From positions 1,268,109 to 1,332,108 of the forward strand of contig OZ242261.1 in assembly GCA_965207045.1 (NCBI GenBank): a stretch of DNA of 64,000 bases, given 5' to 3'. Position 1 is the stretch's first letter; the number at the start of each line of letters is the position of its first letter. Under the pieces are notes generated by a model. That model ran no database searches, was not told the DNA's origin, and saw only the letters and a list, made by a program, of their open reading frames with translations. This DNA is from Anaplasmataceae bacterium (GTDB taxonomy: Bacteria > Pseudomonadota > Alphaproteobacteria > Rickettsiales > Anaplasmataceae). A program made the translations under genes and the position numbers. Positions 42,157 through 53,643 of the stretch are shown here, in pieces.

Positions 42157-42505
42157 AACAAGATTAATAAAAAATTAAAAATTTAAATGGTGAGTAGGGA
42201 TCGAAGGGATCGAATAGTGCTACAAAAAGTAAGGAAACAAGGAATAAGATTCTGGCACAAGTGAACACTAAAGATTCTGGCAAGAGATAATTTATAAAAG
42301 TTTAATCCCTACTTTTGGCTTGTTAGTCATTACGGTATGTTTGCCAAAAGTAGGGATTAAACTTTTATAAATTATCTCTTGCCAGAATCTTTAGTGTTCA
42401 CTTGTGCCAGAATCTTATTCCTTGTTTCCTTACTTTTTGTAGCACTATTCGATCCCTTCGATCCCTACTCACCATTTAAATTTTTAATTTTTTATTAATC
42501 TTGTT
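42157..42505. repeat. perfect long palindrome: two 163-bp inverted arms (42157-42319 and 42343-42505) around a 23-bp loop
   Basis: I reverse-complemented the right arm by hand and it is identical to the left arm over its full length. Confidence 0.85.
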
Positions 42506-42532
42506 CATATTGGAACATACCATAAAAGTACT

Positions 42533-42548
42533 GAATTTATTAGAATAC
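42533..42548. promoter_or_regulatory. orphan copy of the GAATTTATTAGAATAC upstream motif (no gene downstream)
   Basis: It is preceded by AAGTACT, as in the paralog A copy. It lies 28 nt from the palindrome and about 1.5 kb upstream of the exon 4 relic at 40.9 kb on the minus strand. Confidence 0.45.
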
Positions 42549-43212
42549 AGAAATGAACAGTTGTTAGCATCAACAATGTTCTAATCAAGGTTATATTAAT
42601 GTACTGTGTTAGGCCATTGGCTTTTGTTGATGTCCACTGATACTTGTGACCCTATACTTAAAACTGCAGATACCCTTGATGCAGTATTAAAGAATATACT
42701 CAGGTAAAAGCGTTCCACTACAGTTATAGTAGCTATATATTGTGGTATTTGCAGCTTCTGTCTGGTGTTTACTAAAACAATCATAGATCACTATGCTGGG
42801 TTCCACACTCAGTTGTCAGAGCTGGTAAAAGATGTCTAATGTCCTAATTGTACCCACTAGAATTGCCAACAGTGGCTTACTAGCTATATACAAATGCTAG
42901 CTATTAACTTTACCTTAATAATAATACAAAATAATTCATCACCATCAGCAAATCTCTGACACCTACCCACTCACAAGGACAAATTATACGTGCTTCAAAT
43001 TCATCAACAACAAATAGCAGCTGCTATCTACTGTTACTCATTTTCTCAATCATACAAACTAAATTCATTTAAACATACATAATTTGTACTTTACTGAACA
43101 TAATTATATATAGCTATATGTATCTGGTGAAAAGGCTTTTTCTGTGAAAAATACACAAGGCTGTGGGATTGCTATTAAATTTTATTGTGTAAGTAGCTAG
43201 TACTCTATTGTA

Positions 43213-43595
43213 TAGAGCTGTGAAACTGGCCAGTAATCATAACCGGTTATACTGAACAAAAATAACTCCCGGTTAACCGGTTAACTGAAGGAATACGAAT
43301 TAGCTAAAAATATGAAATTTACATCTTATTTAATATATAATTTATGCCCACAGCACATGGAACTATTGTTAAAACTTTGAAAGTGTGTCCAAAAATATTA
43401 GTCATATGCACGTTGTTTTATCTATGCTTATATCCTACCCAAGTGTGATATCAATGTGTTAAAAGTAACTTAACACATGAAATAGAAGCATGCGTTGTAT
43501 TAAAAAAATTAATTCGGTTATGGAAAAAATGGTAACTTAAATTTTAAAAATAACTGGTCGGTTAACCAGTTATTCAGTTAAATTTGACAGCTCTA
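43213..43595. mobile_element. hAT-like MITE (about 383 bp), TIR TAGAGCTGTGAAA / TAGAGCTGTCAAA
   Basis: Flanked by CTCTATTGT and CTTTATTGT. The paralogous segment near 40295 has a single CTTTATTGT with no insert (empty site). Confidence 0.6.
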
Positions 43596-44008
43596 CTTTA
43601 TTGTGTCTGGCCAGCTGTCAAATAACTCTAATAGAGCAGTCATATATTATTGTAGCTAGTAGTTAATGTACACAACTTAAGGCTTGCTACCCATGTGCCA
43701 CCAAAAATTCTAGCTTTAAATTCCCCGCTCCAAGGATTGTGTGTCTAAATATATGGAGGTTTGGATATTGGCAACTACATAACTCGTGTGATGTTGTATG
43801 TAACTTGTTATCAAGTTAAATACCGTGCAATAGTGCATTTTTAAGTACATACGTAATACATATACAATTAAATTGGCTACAACAACTAATTAGCTCTCTA
43901 TTATCTGCAAATTATAGGCATCAGTAATAAATCTACATGGCTACAATGAATCTAAAGTTTATAGTAAAAATTACTACACTATTTAATACCAATGTAGTCA
44001 CAGAAACT

Positions 44009-44158
44009 TTATGCTGGATATTTTGGTAGCAGAATGCAAGCATATCCAACTACTTGGGTACCTGTCATCACAATAGAGTTTGATTTTTCATCAAATCTGA
44101 GATCATGTGGTTCTTTGCTGTACCCTTGAATACCAGGAGTATGGTTGAATAAACCACC
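44009..44158 (-). CDS. paralog B, exon 4 (150 nt, terminal)
   Basis: Acceptor catgcAG after a 67-nt intron. Encodes GGLFNHTPGIQGYSKEPHDLRFDEKSNSIVMTGTQVVGYACILLPKYPA, then stop. Confidence 0.65.
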   Translation of the reverse strand, partial: GGLFNHTPGIQGYSKEPHDLRFDEKSNSIVMTGTQVVGYACILLPKYPA

Positions 44159-44225
44159 CTGCATGAAATCAGAAATATACAGCTTTATTATAATATAGCT
44201 AGCTAGTTTTACTTAACTTACATAC

Positions 44226-44678
44226 CAATAAAGCACTTTCAGCAGATGGATTAAATGTTTTCAAAGTATCGACTATTTCTTTACTGAAGCTTGAAGAAGT
44301 AATTGTTATATCTTTAGCCACAATCATCCGAGTAGAGAGTAAAGGGAATGATCCGTCATTGCTACTGTCAAGGACTCCTGTTGACCACGCACCTGGTCCT
44401 TCTCCAGGGATTCCCCAATTTTGTATCTTTAAAGCTGAAAGATCAATCCAGGGACGATTAATTTGCACAGAGCGCACTTTTAAATGAATTTTAACATCCT
44501 GAGTATCTCCAATATCTACTTTCTTTTCTTGCACACCTTCACCCCGAATATGAAGAAAATTGTCAGGGTTTAGTGTTGGTTGATCCACACCTAAGTCTAA
44601 AGGAGTATTTGGCTTGCCACCTAGCATTTGGTACAATCTACACTGGTTCTCATCATCATCCTGTGGATCCACAGTAAT
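44226..44678 (-). CDS. paralog B, exon 3 (453 nt)
   Basis: Track ORF 44199-44672. Acceptor tgtgtAG, donor GTATGT. Carries a 30-codon insertion relative to A (DLGVDQPTLNPDNFLHIRGEGVQEKKVDIGDTQ). Confidence 0.75.
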
Positions 44679-44953
44679 CTACACAAATTTTAATACAATT
44701 AATAATGACTTGTATGCACATACATACTTAGCTACATAGTGACAATATGTTTATTCTAGGATTTAAGATATGGAGGAATTAAGGATGTTATTTATCAGGA
44801 AAAAATGTTTATTCTAGGATTTAATATTTGGAGGAATTAAGGATGTTGGTTAGCAGGAAAAAAGGAAACACATTTACTCAAATAGCTATGACTTGGGGGT
44901 TTCAGGCCCTGAAATGAACACCATATGTATACCAGCTACACAGCATTGCATAC

Positions 44954-45090
44954 ATTTATCCATGAGTCATCTTCGGGTTGATCTGGATCAAGCCACTCAT
45001 ACCAGTTGGTTGGAATCATCGAGATATAATAGTATGTCTTCTTCTTTCCATCATCAGGAAGTACTACATATCTTTTATTATCCTCAAGCG
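44954..45090 (-). CDS. paralog B, exon 2 (137 nt)
   Basis: Acceptor ataatAG, donor GTATGC. Encodes (A)LEDNKRYVVLPDDGKKKTYYYISMIPTNWYEWLDPDQPEDDSWIN. Coordinates were cross-checked against the plus-strand track ORF 44893-45099. Confidence 0.7.
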
Positions 45091-46322
45091 CTATTATAAT
45101 ACACACAACTTCAAAATCTAGTTTATGAACCTATGAATGTATTTCATCAATACTCTCCCTCAGGTACAGGTAGGACAATAGTGGGGATTTGATAACAAAC
45201 CTTTACCCATCCTAAGGTAACTGACGTAATTATACGTACTTGAATAATTCAAGGGGTTAGTCATTCACATAGTGCATAACCGTAGAACTATTGGCAACTG
45301 TGGTCAATATTTTTGATCAACAAAAATAATTACATAGCTACTTAAATGCACCTTGATCACTTATCACTTGATTATATTCTTGGCCAAAAAGCCTTATAAA
45401 AATAAAAATAGGTCTTCTGAGGTGCCTGATCACTCCCTTGCATCTTGATTCACTAAAAATTAACACCTTCATCCTATTTTGATCAGTTGCAAATGTGTCT
45501 ACAGGTATTGTGACTACCCCTGTATTTAATAGAAATCAATATGATCTCAAATCTCCTATGACCATAGCAGAGAATTTGATTTTTCTATGGTGCATAGGAT
45601 ATTTGATTACCTCTATACAATGGTATAGCCTCATGGCGGCACAGTTGCATGGGACCCACCTGTGCCTGCATGTGCGAGGGTATAGCAGAGTGATTATTTA
45701 TATCAAAATATTTTAATGGAATTTACTAAATTACTTCTTAAAGGGTTATTAGCTATAAGGTAAGAAAATGAGAAACATTAACCAATAGCTAACATACTTT
45801 CTCTGCCATTAAACTTTGAGGAAATTCATCTTTCATGCAGACAAAAGAGCAGTGACTAAACTTTGCTAAAATTTATCAAACCTAGCTGGTATCAATCAAC
45901 TCCTCTATTTAATGCCACCTGTTTTATTTATTGAATTGCTATGATAACTGAATAATAGTGCTTATAATTAGAATGCGACTAATGTATTGGATTTCCTATG
46001 GCAAAAGTTGTTAGCTACATACAACTGTTTATAGCAGGAGAGCAATCTATTGCCACTTGAAGATTTTTATTTGTTATAAGAAAGGGGAGGTATTAGCTAG
46101 CTACCTTGTAGCTATAGCTAATCCTGTTAATTGTTACAACATGTACACTTACTGGTTGAAAGCTATGGTTAAAAGTAGCAATGTTTTATAGCTATAAGGT
46201 TTAGCTACTTCCATAAACATTTTTATTAGCACACATATTTTTAAAAACCTCGATGTATGGAAAATTTGATAAATGTTTTGATATGTATAGCTATGTAGGT
46301 AGCTACATAATATATGATCTAC

Positions 46323-46902
46323 CTTGCTTCATTGGAGTCATGACAGTCGCAAGAGGTCCATCCACCCATTCATCAATGGCTTGTAATTGTGGACAAACTT
46401 CTCTGTCTAGAGCCTCAAACTGTTGATACTCTTCAGTGGCAGATAACAGTTTAGTATAAGCAATTTCCCAGTCATTGCCATATTTCTGGCGGCACTCTAT
46501 CTCCAAATCTACCTTCTTTCTTGCAACAGCAGATTTTACTTCAAGGTATTTCTTATACAGTTCAGTATATTCTCTAATTTCATAATTTTTGTAAAGCAAA
46601 GCCCTCGCCTTATCAAATGCAGGTTTTTGTTTTCCAGTTGCTTTAGGCCCCCTTCCATGATTAACCAGTTGTTCCCATCGGAGAGAAATTCTTGATCCTG
46701 TTGGTGCGTAGTTGACATTACATGCTACGCAGCTATCAACCAGTTCAAAAGTATTTAGTGCAGCTACTTTAGGAAATTCAGTCGGAGAATAATCGGCATA
46801 ATTGAGGTATTTTCCTACGGTCATTACAAACACGCTGTTGGTATCATTTCCATACATTCTGTTTAAAACCTGCCAGACCAAACGGTGAATTTCAATACCC
46901 AT
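46323..46902 (-). CDS. paralog B, exon 1 (580 nt)
   Basis: Track ORF 46303-46902, ATG start. Donor GTAGAT after ...MTPMKQ in phase 1. Confidence 0.75.
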
Positions 46903-47105
46903 CGTTTCCCGATCTTAATGCTTTTCTGCTGAGTTTAATAACTGACAGCGGGTCGATCCAAGACGACAGTTTTATCCAGCGGTTCCGGTACAGTTACTCA
47001 ATTGAATTTGTTTTATTTGATTAGCTTGGTAGCGAGGTGTGAAGTTATATACAACAAGAAGAATCCTATCAGTGACCACATGCGGTTTTTACGTCACGCT
47101 GGCTT

Positions 47106-47120
47106 AATTTATTAGAATAC
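47106..47120. promoter_or_regulatory. conserved upstream motif (A)ATTTATTAGAATAC, about 205 nt 5' of the paralog B ATG
   Basis: See the motif entry at 37321. Confidence 0.5.
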
Positions 47121-47408
47121 AGTTGCGAGACCAAACGTCGGCAAAACAAAGACCAGCTTTTGCGAAATGGCCAAACAGGTTAATATAATTACAGTATTGT
47201 ACTGAAATTGTGGTTGCTACCTGGTGATTTATGATTAGCTAGTATAGCTATAGCTACTCGGCAGCTATTAAATGTCGTTCGATGTCGTTTTTTTTATTAT
47301 TATTATTATTATTATCCATTTAGTCACAACAATGACAAGGTGTGTACAAAAGGCAAAGCCTGTAGGAGTACAACCGAATTACAACAAAAAAATTAACTAC
47401 TTAGCTTA

Positions 47409-47822
47409 GGCCACTCCAAGTTATACCTTAGTTTCTGGTCACCCGCCCGCATGTAAAATTTAATTTCAACTTTATGAGGACTATTATTATTTTTATGGGT
47501 GCTTAATAGTTTATAAGGCGCTTATGCTCTAATTACATGTGTCAGGTTCACTTGTGATAGTAATGATGATTGTTAACTGCTGTGTTATTAATAAACAAGC
47601 CATAGAACTCTTATGAAATCAAGTGTGAAACAGAGAGTACAGTTGGAGAAGCAATGAAAGTACAGTTCAGTAACTTTTTGCATGAAAATTTGATAATTTA
47701 TAAGGATCAAATGTGATAAAACTAGCTGGGCTGTATAGTCCTAATGTCCTAATAACCCGCCCGCCCGCATCCTTTTTAAAAGTTACTGGTGACCAGAAAC
47801 TAAGGTATGACTTGGAGTGGCC
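47409..47822. mobile_element. PIF/Harbinger-like MITE (414 bp): about 38-bp TIRs GGCCACTCCAAGT[TC]ATACCTTAGTTTCTGGTCACC, flanked by TTA on both sides
   Basis: The terminal inverted repeats were read directly. A 3-bp TTA direct repeat sits at 47406-08 and 47823-25. Confidence 0.6.
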
Positions 47823-47873
47823 TTAATTACACTAACAAAAAAAACAAACAACAAATAAACAAAAAAAACATAT

Positions 47874-49232
47874 CTAGCTACTACAAAATAAGAAAGAATA
47901 CAACCGTGATCTAAAAGAATTACGACCAGAAATTGACAAAATTGAAAGGGATACGTATACACAATTCCATAAAAATACACTATTAACAAAAAAAGAGTAT
48001 CTAAAAGAATTTATAGACGCCTGCCTACAAAAAATTGATAAATAATGTGAACGAGTACAAGTTGCTGAAAAAGTGAAATAATTATTAAAGTCAATACAAG
48101 AACGTTGATGTAGCATATCATGGACAGTTTGAATGATACGAAATTTACGACGATCAGCCAAAGAGGGCCACTTCAAACTTGCACAGCATTGAGAAGATGA
48201 TGGTGACCAAGTGAAGTTTGAAGGGTTATATCGTGCTCCACAAACCCACCTAGCGCCGCGACACTGAATGGATTCTAACTGCTTAATACATTTCTGAGTA
48301 TGAGGGTTCCAAGCCTGACAGGCATATTCAAGTATCGGTAAAACAAATACGTGAAAAGATTTATGTTTTGAATTTTTTGAGCAGCTGTACATGGTACACC
48401 GAACAAAATTGAGAACTCTGGTAGCTGTAGCAGCAATATTAGAACAATGGACATTCCATGACAATGTAGAAGTAATATGGATTCCCAGATATCTGATTGA
48501 AGTATGCCAATCTAGTTGGGAACCATTAATCACATAATCAAATTGTGGGGGTACACGTTTATTTGAAATACACAGTAGTTCACACTTTAGTGGATGTAAC
48601 TTCATCTGCCAACGGTCACACCAACTTGATACAGAATCCAAGTCATTTTGTAACTATTTACAATCTTCATTAGTTTGAACAGTAGTGTAAAGAGTGACAT
48701 CATCAGCAAACATTTTAATTTTTGACCGAACAACAGAAGAGATATCATTTATATACAAAATAAAAAGAAGAGGTCCCAGAATGGACCCCTGTGGTACCCC
48801 GGAAGAAACATTTGACCAATCTGAAAAATGCCCATTAACAACTACTCGTTGTTTACGAGTGGTGAGGAAGGATCGGAACCACTGTAGTAATGAGCCACCA
48901 ACACCATAAGCCTGTAACTTCAACAACAGTCTTTCATGAGGCACTGAATCAAAAGCTTTTGCAAAGTCAATAAAAACACAGTGAGTGCTCAAACGATTAT
49001 TTAATGTCTCTGCCCAATCATGTATGGCTGTCATTAAAAGAGCGGCAGTAGAATGTTTGATCCTGAAACCAAACTGTGAATCATCCAGCACTTTATTAGA
49101 TTCAAGCAAAGTGTATAACTTACAATGAACAATTTTTTCAAGAACCTTGCATAAGATGCAAGTAAGGCTGATAGGTCGATAATTTGAAACTTGTTGTTTA
49201 TCCCCTTTTTTAAAGACAGGGGTAATGTTTGT
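47874..49232 (-). mobile_element. 5'-truncated non-LTR retrotransposon (reverse transcriptase plus C-terminal ORF2 region)
   Basis: Track ORFs 48654-49109 and 47874-48641. RT blocks NYRPISLT, FGFRIKHST, VFIDFAKAFDSVPH, SGVPQGSILGPLLF, FADD. One frame break falls between the two ORFs, and similarity ends near 49232. Confidence 0.8.
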
Positions 49233-50239
49233 TTATACGCAGAGATTTAGCTATCCCCTTTAACTTTTGTAAATTTTGGTTATAAACAGTGACTTTCATG
49301 CAAGCTTATTTAGCTAAATATCCATGCATTATAATGGTTGCATAATGTTGATTAATTATTGTCACTGAACTTCATGATATTCATTATTTATGTCAATTTC
49401 CATGACTTCTATATATATTTCAGTATGTAATCATGTGATCCATGGCCATATGGTATATAAGTAAATTATATCCCTGTACACATAGCTAAGTATATAGCTA
49501 GCTAGCTATACGGGCTGGTGATTTCAACTCACTGATTTGTGGCCCGGCATGAGAAAATTGGGCTTATGCATGTGCACAGAGAATTTGACCATAATTTAGG
49601 AATTCAAACTTAAACAACTCCATAAATAATAATATTGATAATAATCGCATCGCTTATGAAGCATTTTATAGGGAATCTAATGCAGCTTCCAGATTTTAAT
49701 ATCTTAAAGTAAAGGAGATGGCTCCTATGTACTGTAAATCCCATAATATGAAGAGGTGTATTTTGTGTACATAAGCCTGCTTTTCTCATGCCGGGTCACA
49801 TTTAGTACTGACTGTATTTTATAATTAAAGCTACGTAGTTACATATAAAACAGTTGGGTACGTGTTTTGTTTTGTAACCTTTGATCAACATCTTACATGG
49901 AAGGCATAGAGCAAACTCAGTCAAGGCTGTTTTACAAAGGAATGTCAGTTTTTGTCCTGTTAATATGTTAAATTGATCATGATATGAAATATTAACTATC
50001 AGTCACTTAATTAAGTCAAATTGTAAGATTACTGAATTGACAATTTAGAGTTACAGTATTTGCAACAGCATAGCCAAATACCGCTTAGCTAATTCTCTGA
50101 GATTGGAAATTTCTTACATGTTGTTGCACCCCTACATAGCTAGCTAGCTATAGCTAATTAGTCCTTAACATTTTGAGTCATTTTTGACCTATACATGCAG
50201 GTTTGAACTTGAGTAATCAAACCATTATCACTATCATGG

Positions 50240-50424
50240 CAGGGGCGGTTTTAGGGGGGTTTCCGGGGTTCCCGGAAACCCCCTCCATCTCAAAATTTTT
50301 ATTAATTGTCCATAAAACTTTTCTAAATCAATGGATGATAAAAATTTATAGTTACCATTAAGATAGCTCTGAAATTAGAAGACCACTGCTATGGTAAGGA
50401 AACCCCTCCCTAGATCCACCCCTG
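50240..50424. repeat. possible short TIR element (CAGGGGCGG ... CCACCCCTG)
   Basis: 9-bp inverted termini with one mismatch and an internal palindrome GGGGTTTCCGGGGTTCCCGGAAACCCC. No clean TSD found. Confidence 0.3.
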
Positions 50425-51927
50425 TATGATATCAACATTAACATTTACTGTAGCAGGACATCTGTCTGAAATATTGTATTTCCTATTTGTGATTGTCACA
50501 TTTCCTTTTGCAGGATAGCTAGTTCCTTCAAATTTCCTTCAAATTGAATTTACTTTACGACACGGTCTGCATGGCCTTCACATTTCCTGAGATCATACGC
50601 ATGGTGAATTATTTGGATTTCCTTTGATATTTCCAAGCCTGATAAAAGTCTAGGAAATCTCAATTTTCCTTAACTTTTTCTAATACAGTATAGGGCACAG
50701 TGCAGTGTCCCAAGTGTGTGTATATTATGCTGGACAGATGATATTTCATGCACATGTTCTGCACACCTATAAACCACTTCTATACAATGTAGCTAGATTA
50801 ACACCAGTATATGCAATTTTGAATAGGAACTAACTCACTTATCTATAGTACACATATATAATTTTGATTATGTATAAATAACCTGTGATTTATATATAGT
50901 AATAAAGCATTCAATTGTGAGCTAGACAGTGGCATAGCCAGACCTTAACAGTTAGCTACCTGGGCTATTGTAAGTCATCACCAAGGCAGTATCGATGTTT
51001 TGTTTTAGGATGTAAAATAGCTGGCTAGTAGCTAGAGTATATAGTCAACTTTATGTAGCTAGCTATATGCATGTATGTACCAGGCCTGTCAGCCTGGTAA
51101 TATAATCATGCGAGAATGCCAGTATTCCCATATGCCCCTTTAGAATATTTAATTGTGACATTAACAAGTAGTAAGACCAATGCTGAAATCGTGTGTCTCA
51201 CAACCAAATCATCCATGTTGAGAGGCCTGGTATTATAGTTACGTACATATATACTGAATAGTGTTTGAGTGTTTGTCAAGGCTTGAGTTTGAATTGCTTG
51301 GTCTAAGCATTCAAGTTACCAGGGCTTAAGCCCTGTATGGTTAGCCCTAGTGTAGCTACGCCACTAGAGCTAGGGGTTTGAAATTTCTGACACTTGACAT
51401 GTGCAGGACACATGTCACACATCATAATTATGTTCTTGAGAATTAAGTGCAAATAATGCCATAAAGCACATTAATTAAAATTAAATTAATTGTGCCAATA
51501 ACAGATGACATTTCCTACAATGTTAATTCGTATATTTTCATTGAAAATTTCCTGCGGATTTCCTACAGTTTTGTAATGCAGGAAAGTTGACTTTTCCAAT
51601 GATTTCAGTATGCACATAAGATGCATGTATGTGCCCTGTGTATGTACTTTAGGATTCAAGGTGAGCTGTCCTACACTAAAGGAAAGGTGCATAAGAATTA
51701 GGCTTGAGTCAATTATAATGATGGGTAGGCTTGTCCCACAGGAAAAATCATGGTTGTGGCAACCTTGTTATCAGATGTCCATTTTGGTTGCTAGAGCATT
51801 GTCATGACCTGTTGACCACCTCGTTTCATGGTTGTAAATATCAGAACCTTGGATTTGGCATGGTTTCCACCTGTTTGCAACCTTCTGATCTGACAACCTT
51901 GTAGTAAATGTTGTACCAACCTTGTAC

Positions 51928-51969
51928 CATAGATATTATAGACTCCGTACGGAGTCTATAATATCTATG
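51928..51969. repeat. 42-bp perfect palindrome flanked by a 7-bp direct repeat CTTGTAC
   Basis: All 21 base pairs were checked pairwise around the centre at 51948/51949. CTTGTAC occurs at 51921-27 and 51970-76. Confidence 0.85.
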
Positions 51970-52020
51970 CTTGTACTCACCTTGCTATAGAGTGTACAGT
52001 TGTCATCAGATTGTAATGAC

Positions 52021-52809
52021 TAGAGCTGAAACAAGTACTCGATTCACTCGGGTATTCGCTCAATTACACACTATTCGAATACCAAGAGAGTATTTGGATA
52101 CACAATTACATAGATTTTCTGCATTCAACATAATTAAATACATATTTTAAGGTATTTCAGTAATGAAATGAATTACATTAACATATTACTTGCAAAAATC
52201 AACCATTTTAATAGTAAAATGGCTGATTTAAACTATTCGGATATTTGCTTGCTTTACCATTCAAACTATTTGAGCACTAAATATCATTAGGCCTGCGCCG
52301 ATTATGCCGGCATAATATAGGTATACCAAAGCATCAAGAATAATGCTGGCATAATAGGTAAGCTTCGAGCATAATATGGGCATAATGAGTAGCTTTTTCT
52401 TACTATTTTATAAAAAGATCGATATACTCTAATAAAGCAGTCATCAATACTTTAATAGAGCAATCACTTTGTATATCGTTAGAATCACTCTAATAGATGT
52501 TTCAAGAACCTTTTTAAAAAGTTTCAAGCCACTGTAATTCTTCAATGCCTTGCTGAATGGACGTCAAGCTCACAGCAGCATAGCAGTCTTATAGCTAGTG
52601 CTTTATTTAGACTTATTAATCACTCAGATAAATATCAAATTGGAATAATTTCTTACAATTCATGGAGCATAATGGAGCATAATCGGGCATATAATGAAGC
52701 ATAATTAAAGCATAATAGGTAAATTTTTGGAGCAATGCTCAAAAGCATAATAGGCAATTTGAAAAGCATAATAGGCTCAGGCCTAAATATCATATTCATT
52801 TCAGCTCTA
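52021..52809. mobile_element. hAT-like MITE (TIR TAGAGCTGAAA, perfect 8-bp TSD GTAATGAC) carrying a nested second MITE
   Basis: GTAATGAC occurs at 52013-20 and 52810-17. The termini TAGAGCTGAAAC / rc TAGAGCTGAAAT resemble Ac-type hAT ends. Confidence 0.65.
52288..52784. mobile_element. nested MITE of the 28.3-kb family (TIR AGGCCTG.GCC.ATTATGC, 9-bp TSD AAATATCAT)
   Basis: AAATATCAT occurs at 52279-87 and 52785-93. The interior is built of GCATAATAGG-like subrepeats. Confidence 0.6.
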
Positions 52810-53432
52810 GTAATGACCATTAACAACCTTGCAATAAGGTTGCAACGGTTGTCTGAACCTTGAAATTGGCATGGTTCCCACCCAATTGGTAACTTTGTAT
52901 CAACAAGGTTGTGTACACCTTATCGGTACCTTGTTTAACATTGTAGCTAGCATGCTATACATTACACCATAACTACATCCGGGTATTATTTTATGTGTAT
53001 AATACCAACGTAGTTATGAACCATGCAAGAGTGCACTTGTAACTAGCTACATAGTATAATAACCTGGCATGAGAAACAGACTTATATGTAATAATGTATA
53101 TGTACGCATCTCCGATTACTAGCTACTGTTTCAGACTTTGTAGAAATCTGCACTATAGGAGGTGCATGAGGTTCCCTATGAAAAGCTGCATTCAAACGTA
53201 GCTAATTTTATTAGACTCCTATGTGACTTGAAATTTGACAAATTATATGTGCACATGTAAGCCCTATACTCTCTTGTGCGGGTTACATAGCTAGCTACAT
53301 GATTGGCTACAAAACTAATGGTATCAACAAATAGTTATATATGGCAAGCAATATGCATTACAATACCTAGCTACGTAGCAAGCTATTTAGCTAAACAGTA
53401 AATCTAGGTCTATACTGTTAGTCACAGAAACT

Positions 53433-53582
53433 TCATGCTGGATATTCTGGTAGCAGAATGCAACCAAATCCAATTACTTGGGTACTCCCTGTCAGCAAAA
53501 TGGAGCTTAATTTTTCATCATATCTGAGATCATGTGATTCTTTGTTCCTTCGAGTACTAGGAGTATAGCTGAATAAGCCAAA
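53433..53582 (-). CDS. paralog C, exon 4 (150 nt, terminal)
   Basis: Acceptor aatgcAG after a 61-nt intron. Encodes FGLFSYTPSTRRNKESHDLRYDEKLSSILLTGSTQVIGFGCILLPEYPA, then stop. Confidence 0.65.
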   Translation of the reverse strand, partial: FGLFSYTPSTRRNKESHDLRYDEKLSSILLTGSTQVIGFGCILLPEYPA

Positions 53583-53643
53583 CTGCATTTAAAATATACA
53601 GCTTTACAATTATATGATCACCACAACAAAGCTAGCTACTTAC

